Of a DNA stretch of 64,000 nt, positions 46,559 to 56,274 are shown one piece after another. Positions within the stretch are counted from its first letter, which is position 1; each line of letters starts with the position of its first letter. The position numbers and the translations under genes are program-made. The notes under the pieces were generated by a model, which saw nothing but the letters and a program-made list of their open reading frames with translations, ran no database searches and was not told where the DNA came from. This DNA is from a virus. Taxonomy: Duplodnaviria > Heunggongvirae > Uroviricota > Caudoviricetes. The stretch lies in IMG/VR virus record IMGVR_UViG_3300009180_000026, one strand, 5' to 3'.

Positions 46559-49114
46559 TTGGTTATATCAAAAGTTTTACATAGTTTTGGTGTTATTAAA
46601 TTTATTAGTAACACCAAAACTTTAAAAAAAATGTTAAAACATTGTTTATCAGGCAGTTATGCCAAGAAATCAGTCTTTTTAGTAGCATTCATGATGATTG
46701 CTCTATCAGGATTCTCGAGGAAATTCTATTTCAGTACATCTGGTAATGATTCCTACACAACAACACAAGCTCAAAACTCAGCAACACCTTGGAAAACATT
46801 AGTGAAGCTAAATTCATTTGCAGATAATGGAGCAGCTGCAGGTGATACTTTTTTATTTAAAAGAGGTGATGTATTTGCAAATGGAGCTAACCAAAGAGGT
46901 TCAGTAAAATGGTATGGTAATTCTGAAGGTTATACTTGTGCAACAGGAACAGCACAAAATCCTATTGTATTTACCTATTATGGAGATATGAATTTAGAAA
47001 GACCCAATTTCTTATTTCCATTCCCATCTAGTGTAGCAAACACAGATAGGTATAATATGATTTTTAAAAACGTTTCATATTTTGTATTTGACGGACTTCA
47101 GTTTAATGATATCAGGTTTCCTGTTCTTGATAAGAGAACATCTTGTTACACTGCAACAGGATTAATGTTTGGAGAGAGTATGTCAAGTGGTGTTGATCAC
47201 TTCACTGTTAAAAACTGTAACTTTAGCAATATTGGTTATGGTATTTTGTCTAATGGGAGTGACTTTCTAATCCATAATAACACCTTTACAAACTTTAAAT
47301 CAGTTGGTGATACATTAGGTACATTTGATATTGGAGCTGATGCTTTACAAATCTCAGGTAAGAAATATAGAATCACTAATAATTACATCAGCGGTAGTTG
47401 GGCTTATGCAAATCCTTATAATTCTTCTTCAAATGGATTGTTAGGTGGTGCGCTTGAAACTATTAATGATTTTGATAGCTCCTTTGTAGCATACAATACA
47501 TTCATTGATAATTCTGGTGGAATGGAATTTGGTCAGAATGCAGGACAACAGTATGGTCCAAATGATGATACATTTGCTTACAACTTTTTTATGAATGGTT
47601 CAAATGTAGCATATGTTAATACAACAGGAACTTTTAAATGTTCTGCTGCTAGATTACACTTTTGGAACAATGTTATTATTGAAAATGAAAAATCACGATT
47701 TACTGGTAGAAATAATGGTGGTGATGCATTAGGAGATGGACAAACATATACATCATCAGGATTTATATTTTGGCCTCCATTACCTCCAAGTAAATCAACA
47801 TATACACCTCAAGAGTTTAATTACTATTCAGCATGGAGAACATTTGATTGTGGAGATCAGTCACAAAGTAATGTTGGTGATACACTTTATGACATCAGAA
47901 ATAATATAATTTGGAATACAAATGGTTTGCAATTAAAATCAAGTGTTGCAAGAAGACCAAAAGACTTCTATAAAAATAACATCTATCACATTAAAGGAAG
48001 TTATCAATTAGCAACCAATTTAGGTGATGCTGCAGTGCTATCAACAGGAGAAAGAATCATTAATACAAAGTTATTTACAGATACATCAAATGCATTCCCT
48101 CAAAATTGGGATTTCCGCATTGTAAGTGATACTTCTTATGCTGCTGCTAATGGTGTTGATGTAGGACTTACAAGAGATTTTGCAGGTAATCCTGTAATTG
48201 GAAATCCTTCTATAGGTCTTCTTGAATATTCATTATCTTCTGGACCAGTGATAACATCAATATCTCCTACATCAGGATCATTAAATCAAGTGGTTACCAT
48301 AAGAGGTAGAAACTTTACAGGGGCTACATCTGTTGTATTAAGAACAGCAATTGATGCAAGTGTACCGTTTACAGTGACTAATGATTCTGTAATATCTGCT
48401 ACAATGACTTTACAATCTTCTCAATATGTAAATGCTCCTAATGGTGGTATATTTATTGTAACTAATCCTAGTGGTAGTAATGTATCAAGTCCTTCATTTG
48501 TATACAATCCTCCAATTACACCAACTTGTACATTTGTATATGATGGTTGGGGAACATGTAACAGTGGTGTACAAACAAGAACATATTTAACTAGTCCTGC
48601 AGGATGTTCAGGTGTACCTCCAATAGATAGTGTTACAAGAAGTTGTACAACTCCTGTTGTAAGTAGTCTTACATTCAGTGCTTCTTTATATGCAATTTTA
48701 ATAACTTGTAATGTTCCAGGACAATTATCAATATTGAATTCATCAGGACAAATTGTTCTTACATTACCATATGGATCAGGAAGTTCCACAATAAGTGTTG
48801 CATCTTTAACACCAGGAACTTATACAGCTACCACTTATGGAAGATCTTTAGGATTTTCTACATTGGTTAAAGTTTCATTAGTGTCTACAATAAGACCAAC
48901 ATGTAGAACATCAACCAATGGACAAATTGTTGTTGTAGGTTCTTTAGGAACTGCTCCATATACATACAGTATTAGTAGTACAACAGCTTATAGTTCATCA
49001 GCAACTTTCTCAAACTTGAGAAGAGGAACTTATACCATTCGTTGTAAAGATGCTAATAATACTGTTACAAGCATTTCTGTTACATTGACAAAATTAAGCT
49101 CTACATGTAATTAA
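46559..49114 (+). CDS. secreted right-handed beta-helix (pectate-lyase-fold) protein with an IPT/TIG domain and a C-terminal SprB-type repeat (851 aa; likely start at the internal ATG 46631)
   Basis: Signal-peptide-like MLKHCLSGSYAKKSVFLVAFMMIALSGFS. Beta-helix rungs (NNTFTNF, NNYISGS, YNTFIDNSGG, WNNVIIEN, RNNIIWNTNG). IPT-like PVITSISPTSGSLNQVVTIRGRNFTG. SprB-repeat-like C...NGQIVVVGSLGTAPYTYS...FSNLRRGTYTIRCKDANN. Confidence 0.6.
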   Translation: MVISKVLHSFGVIKFISNTKTLKKMLKHCLSGSYAKKSVFLVAFMMIALSGFSRKFYFSTSGNDSYTTTQAQNSATPWKTLVKLNSFADNGAAAGDTFLFKRGDVFANGANQRGSVKWYGNSEGYTCATGTAQNPIVFTYYGDMNLERPNFLFPFPSSVANTDRYNMIFKNVSYFVFDGLQFNDIRFPVLDKRTSCYTATGLMFGESMSSGVDHFTVKNCNFSNIGYGILSNGSDFLIHNNTFTNFKSVGDTLGTFDIGADALQISGKKYRITNNYISGSWAYANPYNSSSNGLLGGALETINDFDSSFVAYNTFIDNSGGMEFGQNAGQQYGPNDDTFAYNFFMNGSNVAYVNTTGTFKCSAARLHFWNNVIIENEKSRFTGRNNGGDALGDGQTYTSSGFIFWPPLPPSKSTYTPQEFNYYSAWRTFDCGDQSQSNVGDTLYDIRNNIIWNTNGLQLKSSVARRPKDFYKNNIYHIKGSYQLATNLGDAAVLSTGERIINTKLFTDTSNAFPQNWDFRIVSDTSYAAANGVDVGLTRDFAGNPVIGNPSIGLLEYSLSSGPVITSISPTSGSLNQVVTIRGRNFTGATSVVLRTAIDASVPFTVTNDSVISATMTLQSSQYVNAPNGGIFIVTNPSGSNVSSPSFVYNPPITPTCTFVYDGWGTCNSGVQTRTYLTSPAGCSGVPPIDSVTRSCTTPVVSSLTFSASLYAILITCNVPGQLSILNSSGQIVLTLPYGSGSSTISVASLTPGTYTATTYGRSLGFSTLVKVSLVSTIRPTCRTSTNGQIVVVGSLGTAPYTYSISSTTAYSSSATFSNLRRGTYTIRCKDANNTVTSISVTLTKLSSTCN

Positions 49115-49138
49115 TTTTTATTTTAATTATTCAATAAT

Positions 49139-49170
49139 AGCCTCTACCTTTGTAGGGGCTATTTTATTTT
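49139..49170 (+). terminator. rho-independent terminator
   Basis: AGCCTCTAC-cttt-GTAGGGGCT followed by ATTTTATTTT. Confidence 0.6.
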
Positions 49171-49182
49171 AAAACAATAATT

Positions 49183-49497
49183 ATGAGTATAGAAGCAATA
49201 TGTATTAATGATAAAGGATGTCCTAAAGAGATTCCTGGAGATAAATGGATTAAAGAAGGGAAGACATATCACATTATATACACTGTGTGGAGTATTCCTT
49301 CTAAAACATTAGGAGTGCATCTTGATGAAATAGCATTGGATGACTGCTGTCTTCCATATGAATATTTTAAAGCAGATAGATTTGCATTTACAGAAGAAAA
49401 TCTAGCATTATTATTGCAAATGATAAAGGATTGCAACGATCTTTCCTTCTCTATGGAGGAACTTTTAAAACAAACAGAATTACAAGAAAACATATAA
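49183..49497 (+). CDS. hypothetical protein (104 aa)
   Basis: ORF. Confidence 0.4.
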   Translation: MSIEAICINDKGCPKEIPGDKWIKEGKTYHIIYTVWSIPSKTLGVHLDEIALDDCCLPYEYFKADRFAFTEENLALLLQMIKDCNDLSFSMEELLKQTELQENI

Positions 49498-49498
49498 T

Positions 49499-49615
49499 AT
49501 GATATTAATAATATTTCTAATAGCACTTACAACATTTTGTATATGGGGCATCTTTAACATGATGAAACAAATTGATAAGATGGAAAAAGATATAGATGAT
49601 TGGTTAAATAGATAA
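49499..49615 (+). CDS. 38-aa transmembrane peptide
   Basis: Manual translation MILIIFLIALTTFCIWGIFNMMKQIDKMEKDIDDWLNR. Overlaps the upstream stop. Confidence 0.25.
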   Translation: MILIIFLIALTTFCIWGIFNMMKQIDKMEKDIDDWLNR

Positions 49616-49618
49616 ACA

Positions 49619-49807
49619 ATGGAACAAGCAATTATTAAGTTCAATGGTGGTAATTTAGCCCTGCTTTGTAGTGGCTGCAGTGTTATTATTAAAACTGGTG
49701 TAGATTTTACACTGGAAGAAATGGAGTTTGTTCTTCTTAAAGGTAAACACCTCGATCCACAATATTGTGAGAAATGTGTCATAAAGCACACAAATACGAA
49801 CGAATAA
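49619..49807 (+). CDS. zinc-ribbon protein (62 aa)
   Basis: CSGC...(28 aa)...CEKC. Confidence 0.35.
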   Translation: MEQAIIKFNGGNLALLCSGCSVIIKTGVDFTLEEMEFVLLKGKHLDPQYCEKCVIKHTNTNE

Positions 49808-49934
49808 GTGTAATATAATACACATTATACAAAGGAATAGTTTGCACAAGGTGCTGAAAAAGGACACTTTTCGCAAAATATTAGTACTATTAGTAATAAA
49901 ATAACAATATTTTTAAACCAAAAACCAAATAGAT

Positions 49935-50165
49935 ATGTACGATCAACCAGTATTAGCTGAACAACCAGAACAGTACAAACCAAGTACTCAAGAAACATTA
50001 CGTGAGTATGAAATTAGAATTCAGTTCCTTAACAGGGGCTGTATTGTACACGTAGGATGTAAATCTATAGCCTTTGAGACAGTAGAGTCTGCTATGAAGG
50101 AAGTGAATGAGTATGTAAACAATCCTTTTGACTCTCAAGTTAAATGGAGAAAGATTTTAGCCTAA
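49935..50165 (+). CDS. small protein (76 aa)
   Basis: ORF. Confidence 0.35.
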   Translation: MYDQPVLAEQPEQYKPSTQETLREYEIRIQFLNRGCIVHVGCKSIAFETVESAMKEVNEYVNNPFDSQVKWRKILA

Positions 50166-50578
50166 ACTTCTAATAGCCCTCAGGCCAAGGGATCGAAAAT
50201 TCAGGAACACCTCTCAGAATAGACTACATGTCTTGCACAGGTGCAACAGTCCTCTAAATCGTTAGTTAGCTGTATTGGCAACTTATACAGGGAAGTTAAA
50301 GTTGCAACATAGTCAGGTAGCAGCTTATTTCTGTGATAGTGTGATAATGTGAGTTCAACTCTCACCCTGACTGCTGCTAAAAAGTAAGCCTACAAGCTAA
50401 CAATAAAAAAAATTAGTAAACCTATAGACTGACAAATGAAACAGATAATTATTGTAATAATCATATGGGAAACAGTTAAATGGTTAGTAAGAAAAGTATT
50501 TGATAAAATAGTAAATGAATAATTCATATCTTTAACGTCAGGGCATTCCTGACAATTCACACATAAAACATAACTATC
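50166..50578. promoter_or_regulatory. 412-bp non-coding region with iteron-like repeats; origin / control-region candidate
   Basis: Tandem GTGATAgtGTGATAatGTGAG. Repeated TGCAACA(G/T)(A)GTC. A 7-bp stem AGTCAGG/CCTGACT encloses a tRNA T-arm-like hairpin GTGAG-TTCAACT-CTCAC. Lies immediately upstream of the polymerase. Confidence 0.4.
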
Positions 50579-50767
50579 ATGGAAAGCTTGTACGATTTTT
50601 TATTTCACTACAACTCTTTTACTAAACAATGGAATGCTATTCCTAGAGAGAAAATCAATGAATACTGGAATAACAGGAAAACAGAAGGTGTTCTCACATC
50701 ATCAAACATTAAAACACTAATTGAGCTTATTACAAAAGGTGATGAGTTCATCAAATCAATTGAATAA
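50579..50767 (+). CDS. small protein (62 aa)
   Basis: ORF abutting the polymerase start. Confidence 0.35.
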   Translation: MESLYDFLFHYNSFTKQWNAIPREKINEYWNNRKTEGVLTSSNIKTLIELITKGDEFIKSIE

Positions 50768-52725
50768 TGGATGTACTAATATACGACATAGAAACCATGC
50801 AAGAAATGTTTCTTGTAGGAATATACGATCCTCAAACAGAATTGTATTTTGAATTTGAAGTGAGCTCAGAGAGAAATGATCTTGATGGGTTTATGAGATT
50901 TGCAGAAGCACATACTGAACATTATTGGGTGGGCTATAACAATCTTAGATTTGACAGTCAAGTCTTAGAATGGACATTTAGGAACAGTCAATATTGGGTT
51001 GATCGTAGTTATTTGGAGATAACATCTATAATAGCACAGAAAGCAGCAGATGTTATACATGATGCTAACTTTGATGTATTTCCTGAATATAGAGAATCAG
51101 AACTTGCTTACAAACAAATCGATCTGTTTAAGATTAATCACTACGACAATAAGAACAGACGTGTCTCATTAAAGAGATTGGAGTTTGAAATGGACCTTGA
51201 GAATATTGAAGAGATGCCTATACATCATACAAAAATCAATATGACAGCTGATGAAAGACAGCTCACAAGAGATTATTGTAGAAATGATATTGTGGCCACA
51301 TATGAATTCTATAAGATAACTACTGGTGATTGCGAACATCCATTATATAAAGGCAACAACCAAATAGAATTGAGATTGGATATACAGGAAGAGTTTGGTA
51401 TTCCCTGTTTAAACTACTCTGACAGTAAGATTGGTGATGAGATGATTAAGAAGTATTATTGCTTGGAGAAGAAAATGGATTATAGTAATCTTCCAAAGAA
51501 AGGATTCTTTAGAAAGGAAGTGAAGGTTAAACATTGCATAGCTGATTATGTAACATTTATAACACCAGAACTAAAAGCTTTTCACAAGAGGATTAAACAA
51601 ATGACATTTGGTCTTCAGGATGAATTTAAAGAAACAATTAATTTCTATGACAATGCTTACACATTTGCAAAAGGTGGGCTTCATACGGAGAATAGCCCAC
51701 GAATTTTTGAAGCTGATGATGATCATCTCATCATTGATTGGGATGTATCTAGTTATTATCCTGCTATCATTATCAATAATGGTAAATATCCCTATCATCT
51801 TGGTAAAGAGTTTTTGGCAGGTTACAAAAAGATGTTTGAGAAACGATTAGAACTAAAACCTCTAGCTAAAAAGGATAAGAAGATTAGAGGTATTGTTGGT
51901 GCTTTAAAGCTTGCAGTTAATTCTGTTTATGGTAAATCCTCTGATATGCAGAATTGGATTTATGACAGACAGCTTACAATGTTCACCACTATAACTGGAG
52001 AACTATCTTTATTGATGCTTATTGAGCAATATGAACTTAGAGGTATTCGTGTTATATCTGCTAATACAGATGGTGTAACCATTATGATTAAGAAGGAGCA
52101 ATTAGAAATAATGAAAGCCATCAATACATGGTGGCAAGAATTAACATCTTATGAGCTTGAGCGTACAGACTATCAAAAGATTATATTTTCAACAGTAAAT
52201 GATTACATAGCAATTAAAACAGATGGAGAAATTAAAAAGAAAGGTGATTTCCTTACAGATTTCGAACTTCATAAGAACAAAAGCGCAAGGGTTGTCCCAA
52301 TTGCTCTTGAACAATATTTTGTTAGTGGTATACCTATTGACGATACTATTCGCTCTCATAGTAATGTCTATGATTTCTGCTTAAGACAGAAAGCATCTAA
52401 AGATTTCCATTATGAAGGAATAAATAGATCTACAGGTAGTAAGACAGTGTATAACAAACTCATTCGTTATTACATATCTAACAAAGGAGAAAAACTTCTT
52501 AAAGTGAAAAATCCTGAATGTCAAACAGATGCTCCTGATATAGCACAAGTGGAAGCAGGTGAATGGGTGATGCACGTATGTAACCATCTAACACCATCCC
52601 ATCCTTTAGATAACATCAACTATGAGTATTACATAGAAAGAGCAAATAAGATTGTACATAAAATCTTGACAGAAGGTAAGAAAAGAAAAGTTATTATTGA
52701 CCCAAACCAATTAAGTTTATTCTAA
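50767..52725 (+). CDS. family-B DNA polymerase, compact phi29-like, with a 3'-5' proofreading exonuclease
   Basis: ExoI LIYDIET, ExoII YNNLRFDSQVL, ExoIII YCRNDIVATYEFY. Pol motif A DVSSYYPAII, motif B KLAVNSVYGKS (Kx3NSxYG), motif C SANTDGV. Confidence 0.8.
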   Translation: MDVLIYDIETMQEMFLVGIYDPQTELYFEFEVSSERNDLDGFMRFAEAHTEHYWVGYNNLRFDSQVLEWTFRNSQYWVDRSYLEITSIIAQKAADVIHDANFDVFPEYRESELAYKQIDLFKINHYDNKNRRVSLKRLEFEMDLENIEEMPIHHTKINMTADERQLTRDYCRNDIVATYEFYKITTGDCEHPLYKGNNQIELRLDIQEEFGIPCLNYSDSKIGDEMIKKYYCLEKKMDYSNLPKKGFFRKEVKVKHCIADYVTFITPELKAFHKRIKQMTFGLQDEFKETINFYDNAYTFAKGGLHTENSPRIFEADDDHLIIDWDVSSYYPAIIINNGKYPYHLGKEFLAGYKKMFEKRLELKPLAKKDKKIRGIVGALKLAVNSVYGKSSDMQNWIYDRQLTMFTTITGELSLLMLIEQYELRGIRVISANTDGVTIMIKKEQLEIMKAINTWWQELTSYELERTDYQKIIFSTVNDYIAIKTDGEIKKKGDFLTDFELHKNKSARVVPIALEQYFVSGIPIDDTIRSHSNVYDFCLRQKASKDFHYEGINRSTGSKTVYNKLIRYYISNKGEKLLKVKNPECQTDAPDIAQVEAGEWVMHVCNHLTPSHPLDNINYEYYIERANKIVHKILTEGKKRKVIIDPNQLSLF

Positions 52726-52970
52726 TGTTAAATTACAAAACACTATTTGGAGACTTATTAGTCTTTAAGAACACAAATGATTGCATGACCATAAATAGAG
52801 GTCCACATGGTAAAGTTTGGGTGGATGAAATAGAAGTTGATGGTGAACCAATTGAAGCAAGTAGAAATAACAACTACAGTGTGATTTATGATGAAAAGAA
52901 TACATTCTCTGCTGAAGAAGTGATATATTTTCTTGATCATTATGAAGAAATTGTTGGAGAAAAGTATTAA
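52725..52970 (+). CDS. small protein (81 aa)
   Basis: ORF. Confidence 0.35.
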   Translation: MLNYKTLFGDLLVFKNTNDCMTINRGPHGKVWVDEIEVDGEPIEASRNNNYSVIYDEKNTFSAEEVIYFLDHYEEIVGEKY

Positions 52971-53000
52971 TTTCGTATATTTACGTGTAAAAGCGTATAT

Positions 53001-53294
53001 ATGAGCATAAATCGTACAAACATTGGTGATCATTTGGTTGATTATCAACTCACTATGGTGGGTAAAACAATAGCAGAAGCTATAAAAACACCAGAATGGT
53101 ATTCAAAATGGACTATGACAGATGAACAGTATGAGCAATTCAAAGCTTATGCTATTCCTCTTATAAAGAAAATATTTAAATGTAACAAGAAGAGGGCTGA
53201 AAGTATATTCAGTTGGTTTAATCTTCAATTTGGACTTCGTATTGATAACTCTAAAACAAACAATGATGCAAGTTTACAAGATCTTGAGCTCTGA
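53001..53294 (+). CDS. small protein (97 aa)
   Basis: ORF. Confidence 0.35.
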   Translation: MSINRTNIGDHLVDYQLTMVGKTIAEAIKTPEWYSKWTMTDEQYEQFKAYAIPLIKKIFKCNKKRAESIFSWFNLQFGLRIDNSKTNNDASLQDLEL

Positions 53295-53547
53295 TGAGCA
53301 TAACACTACGTATAAGTTTATAAAAGACATATTTCCTACAGTGAAATACACTCTGATAGATGGAAATGATGAGATATTATATACTGCTGAGGATGATGAA
53401 GATGGTATTAGATTTGAAAAGAAGATTGGTAAAAACTTTGCCTATCATGAAATTGCAGAATTACATTTATTCTTAAATCTTATACAACAATTTGATGACA
53501 CTCTCACTGATACATATGAGGTATATCAGAAAGTAACAATATTATAA
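53230..53547 (+). CDS. small acidic protein (up to 105 aa; true start probably internal)
   Basis: ORF. The 5' end overlaps the previous gene by 65 nt. Confidence 0.3.
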   Translation: MDFVLITLKQTMMQVYKILSSDEHNTTYKFIKDIFPTVKYTLIDGNDEILYTAEDDEDGIRFEKKIGKNFAYHEIAELHLFLNLIQQFDDTLTDTYEVYQKVTIL

Positions 53548-53572
53548 TATGGAAAACCAAGGAAAAAGAAAG

Positions 53573-53600
53573 CCTCAGAATGAAGATTCTGAGGTTTTTG
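53573..53600 (+). terminator. rho-independent terminator
   Basis: CCTCAGAAT-gaag-ATTCTGAGG (perfect 9-bp stem) followed by TTTTT. Confidence 0.6.
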
Positions 53601-53664
53601 CATTTATAGCCCTTGTGGGAATAATTGCAACAATTTTATTATTATTAATTAAAAACAAATAACA

Positions 53665-54210
53665 ATGGGAGCATGTCAATTTGAAAACTCAGGCAGAGGT
53701 AAATCTGCAAAAGAAGTATTTACAAAGTTGCAAGATGCAGCTGAAAGAGAATATGGTGATGATTGCTACAATGGAACAATCAGTACAGTACCAGGATTTC
53801 GTGATCTAACTAGTGAATGGAAATCAAGTAAGAAAGATCTTAGTCGTTTTATTAGAGAAAGATTAAATGATGCAAATAAATATGATTGCTTTGCTATTTG
53901 TACACATCAACCTGTAGTTAATAGCAATAAGATTAAATCTCAAGTGGAACATATTGTTACTCCTGGTACAAAGAAATGGGTTCTTAAATACGTTGTGTAT
54001 GATTATGATAATCAATTAGGTTCTTATGACACAAAGGGTGATGCTGTTAAAGCTGCTAGAGCACATACAGAAAAGACATTCAAACGTACAACTATCTCTA
54101 TGGAGAAGAAACTTGAGAAAGGTTCTAGTCAAGTGGCAACAATTACTTACAAAAAATCATCAGAAGAAAAAGATGGCCAATGGATATTCTTTGGCTATGC
54201 TGCTGAGTAA
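53665..54210 (+). CDS. hypothetical protein (181 aa)
   Basis: ORF after a terminator. Confidence 0.4.
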   Translation: MGACQFENSGRGKSAKEVFTKLQDAAEREYGDDCYNGTISTVPGFRDLTSEWKSSKKDLSRFIRERLNDANKYDCFAICTHQPVVNSNKIKSQVEHIVTPGTKKWVLKYVVYDYDNQLGSYDTKGDAVKAARAHTEKTFKRTTISMEKKLEKGSSQVATITYKKSSEEKDGQWIFFGYAAE

Positions 54211-54220
54211 ATCAAACATT

Positions 54221-54463
54221 ATGAGAAAATATCAATTAATAAATCGTATAGACAATGTTGAAAGCTATTGTAGTGTGATATATGTCTATGATGATCCTAT
54301 AGTCTTTATGTCTAAAAATAGGCAAAATGCTATAGTTTACACTGAGAAAGAACTAAAAAAAGCAAAAGAACACTTCGAAAGCTGTGGCATATATGTTATG
54401 GAAAAAGAAGTGCATGTTTCACATAAAAGAACAATCGATTTAAAAAATGATACAAGACTTTGA
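54221..54463 (+). CDS. small protein (80 aa; alternative start at 54173)
   Basis: Manual start MRKYQLINRID. The tracked 145-aa ORF overlaps the previous gene. Confidence 0.3.
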   Translation: MRKYQLINRIDNVESYCSVIYVYDDPIVFMSKNRQNAIVYTEKELKKAKEHFESCGIYVMEKEVHVSHKRTIDLKNDTRL

Positions 54464-54629
54464 TTATGAAGCTCAGAAAGATTTTATATATTTGCTAGAA
54501 GAAAAAGAACTTCTTAAACAGGAACTGTTTGAGGAGATGAATAGAAAACCAGCAAACATATTTATCAAGACATTTAAAACAAACCACAATGAAGAACATA
54601 TCGTTCCAAAAGTTTCAACAATTATATAA
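54447..54629 (+). CDS. small protein (60 aa)
   Basis: ORF. Confidence 0.25.
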   Translation: MIQDFDYEAQKDFIYLLEEKELLKQELFEEMNRKPANIFIKTFKTNHNEEHIVPKVSTII

Positions 54630-55212
54630 CGGTGGATTTGTATTAGACCATGCATATCTTCTCCTTTCTATAGAAAGAGGAGATGATGTCAAAACCCTTT
54701 GTAAAGAGTCTCCCAAGTTGGAGGCTCTCTACCAAGGAATATATAGAAAGGGTCTTATTACAGAAGAGCAAAAGATTACACAAACAGGAAAAGAACTTCT
54801 TGCATTCTTAGAAGAAGATTCTAAGGTGGAAAAGATTGTAAAGAAGACACTAGATGTTGTCAATTTTGAATCTTGGTGGAAAGCCTATCCAGGCACTGAT
54901 ACATTCAGCTATCAAGGAAAATCTTTCGCAGGTACAAGAAGCCTTAGAGTTAAGAAAGAAGATTGTAAACTAAAGTTTAACAAGATTCTTGAAGAAGGAG
55001 AATATACAGCAAGTGAACTTATTGATGCTCTTACATTTGAAGTGGGACAGAAGAAACAAACATCTGTATTAGAAAAGACTAACAAACTTAAATTTATGCA
55101 GAACAGTCTCACCTATCTCAACCAAAGAACGTTTGAACCATTCATTGAGCTTATTAAATCTGGTGTTAATATTGTTGAACAACCAACAGATATAGGAGGT
55201 ACAGACATATGA
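54589..55212 (+). CDS. hypothetical protein (207 aa); helicase-loader candidate by position only
   Basis: ORF directly upstream of, and overlapping, the helicase gene. Confidence 0.3.
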   Translation: MKNISFQKFQQLYNGGFVLDHAYLLLSIERGDDVKTLCKESPKLEALYQGIYRKGLITEEQKITQTGKELLAFLEEDSKVEKIVKKTLDVVNFESWWKAYPGTDTFSYQGKSFAGTRSLRVKKEDCKLKFNKILEEGEYTASELIDALTFEVGQKKQTSVLEKTNKLKFMQNSLTYLNQRTFEPFIELIKSGVNIVEQPTDIGGTDI

Positions 55213-56267
55213 GTTTTGAACAATTAAAGAAAGAAGTGGAAGCTGGTCTTGCAGGAAAGAACAATGGCATACCTATGGGGTTTAACAGATTGAATAAACA
55301 CATTGGTATTAGAAGAGGAATGTATTTTCTTGTAGGTGGTAACACTGGTTCAGGTAAAACATCCTTTATAGATGATGCTTTTGTTCTTAATCCTGTTGAT
55401 TGGTATATTAGTCAGAAGACTCCAGATATAAAGCTGAGAGTTATATACAGATCAATGGAGCGTCCTAAAACATACAAGTTTGCTAAATGGGTGGCTAGAA
55501 AGATCTTTTTAGATCAAGGAGTGATTATTCCTGTTAATAAACTATTGGGATGGACTGATAAGATGAGTCATGATGAACACGATCTTTTCTTAATGTATGA
55601 AGATTATATTAATAGAGTGAGTGAGATTGTCACTATTATTGATGGTCCAGAGAATCCTGTAGGTATTGCAAAGGAGCTTAAAGCTCATGCTCTTGAGAAT
55701 GGTACTATTGAACAAGATGGATATAACAAGATTTATATTCCTAATGATTCTAGTGAAACAACGATTGTTGTTATAGATCATATTGGTCTGTTAAAGACAA
55801 CAAAAGATCAACCAACAAAGAAAGAAGCTATTGATAAAATGTCTGATGAGCTCAGATATGCAAGAGATTTCTTTGGGTATACACCAGTTGTTGTTAGTCA
55901 GTTTAACAGGAGTATTTCCAATCCCATGAGAATTAAGAATGGTGATGTAGAACCACAGCTAGAAGATTTTAGTGAAAGTTCAAGCACACAGAATGATGCG
56001 GATGTTGTTCTTGCATTATTTGATCCTATTAGATATAAAGTGGCAGATCCTTCTGGATATAGCCTAGAAAGACTTAAGGATCAATTTGGTGCAAAGTATT
56101 TTAGAAGTCTTAGAATAATCAAAAACAGTTATGGATCAGATGATCTTAGAATAGGACTTGGTTTCCTTGGTGAAATTGGTTTATTTAAAGAACTAAGAAA
56201 GAAGAAAGATATGACAGATGTAGATTATGAAAATGTAACAAACAAATCCTTTTTTTTAAACAAATAA
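55209..56267 (+). CDS. DnaB/T7 gp4-like RecA-fold replicative helicase domain protein (352 aa)
   Basis: Walker A GGNTGSGKTS, Walker B IVVIDHIGLL. Confidence 0.55.
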   Translation: MSFEQLKKEVEAGLAGKNNGIPMGFNRLNKHIGIRRGMYFLVGGNTGSGKTSFIDDAFVLNPVDWYISQKTPDIKLRVIYRSMERPKTYKFAKWVARKIFLDQGVIIPVNKLLGWTDKMSHDEHDLFLMYEDYINRVSEIVTIIDGPENPVGIAKELKAHALENGTIEQDGYNKIYIPNDSSETTIVVIDHIGLLKTTKDQPTKKEAIDKMSDELRYARDFFGYTPVVVSQFNRSISNPMRIKNGDVEPQLEDFSESSSTQNDADVVLALFDPIRYKVADPSGYSLERLKDQFGAKYFRSLRIIKNSYGSDDLRIGLGFLGEIGLFKELRKKKDMTDVDYENVTNKSFFLNK

Positions 56268-56274
56268 ACTAAAC

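Noticed and set aside
50311-50373. tRNA-like element: 7-bp acceptor-type stem (AGTCAGG/CCTGACT) plus a perfect T-arm (GTGAG-TTCAACT-CTCAC)
   Set aside because: Only about 63 nt between the stem halves. That is too short for D and anticodon arms of canonical geometry, and I could not fold a convincing anticodon stem. Kept as a structured element within the 50.2-50.6 kb control region, not called a tRNA gene.
53549-53662. 37-codon hydrophobic ORF (MENQGKRKPQNEDSEVFAFIALVGIIATILLLLIKNK)
   Set aside because: Its coding sequence contains a perfect 9-bp hairpin plus T5 (53573-53600) that is better explained as the terminator of the upstream unit.
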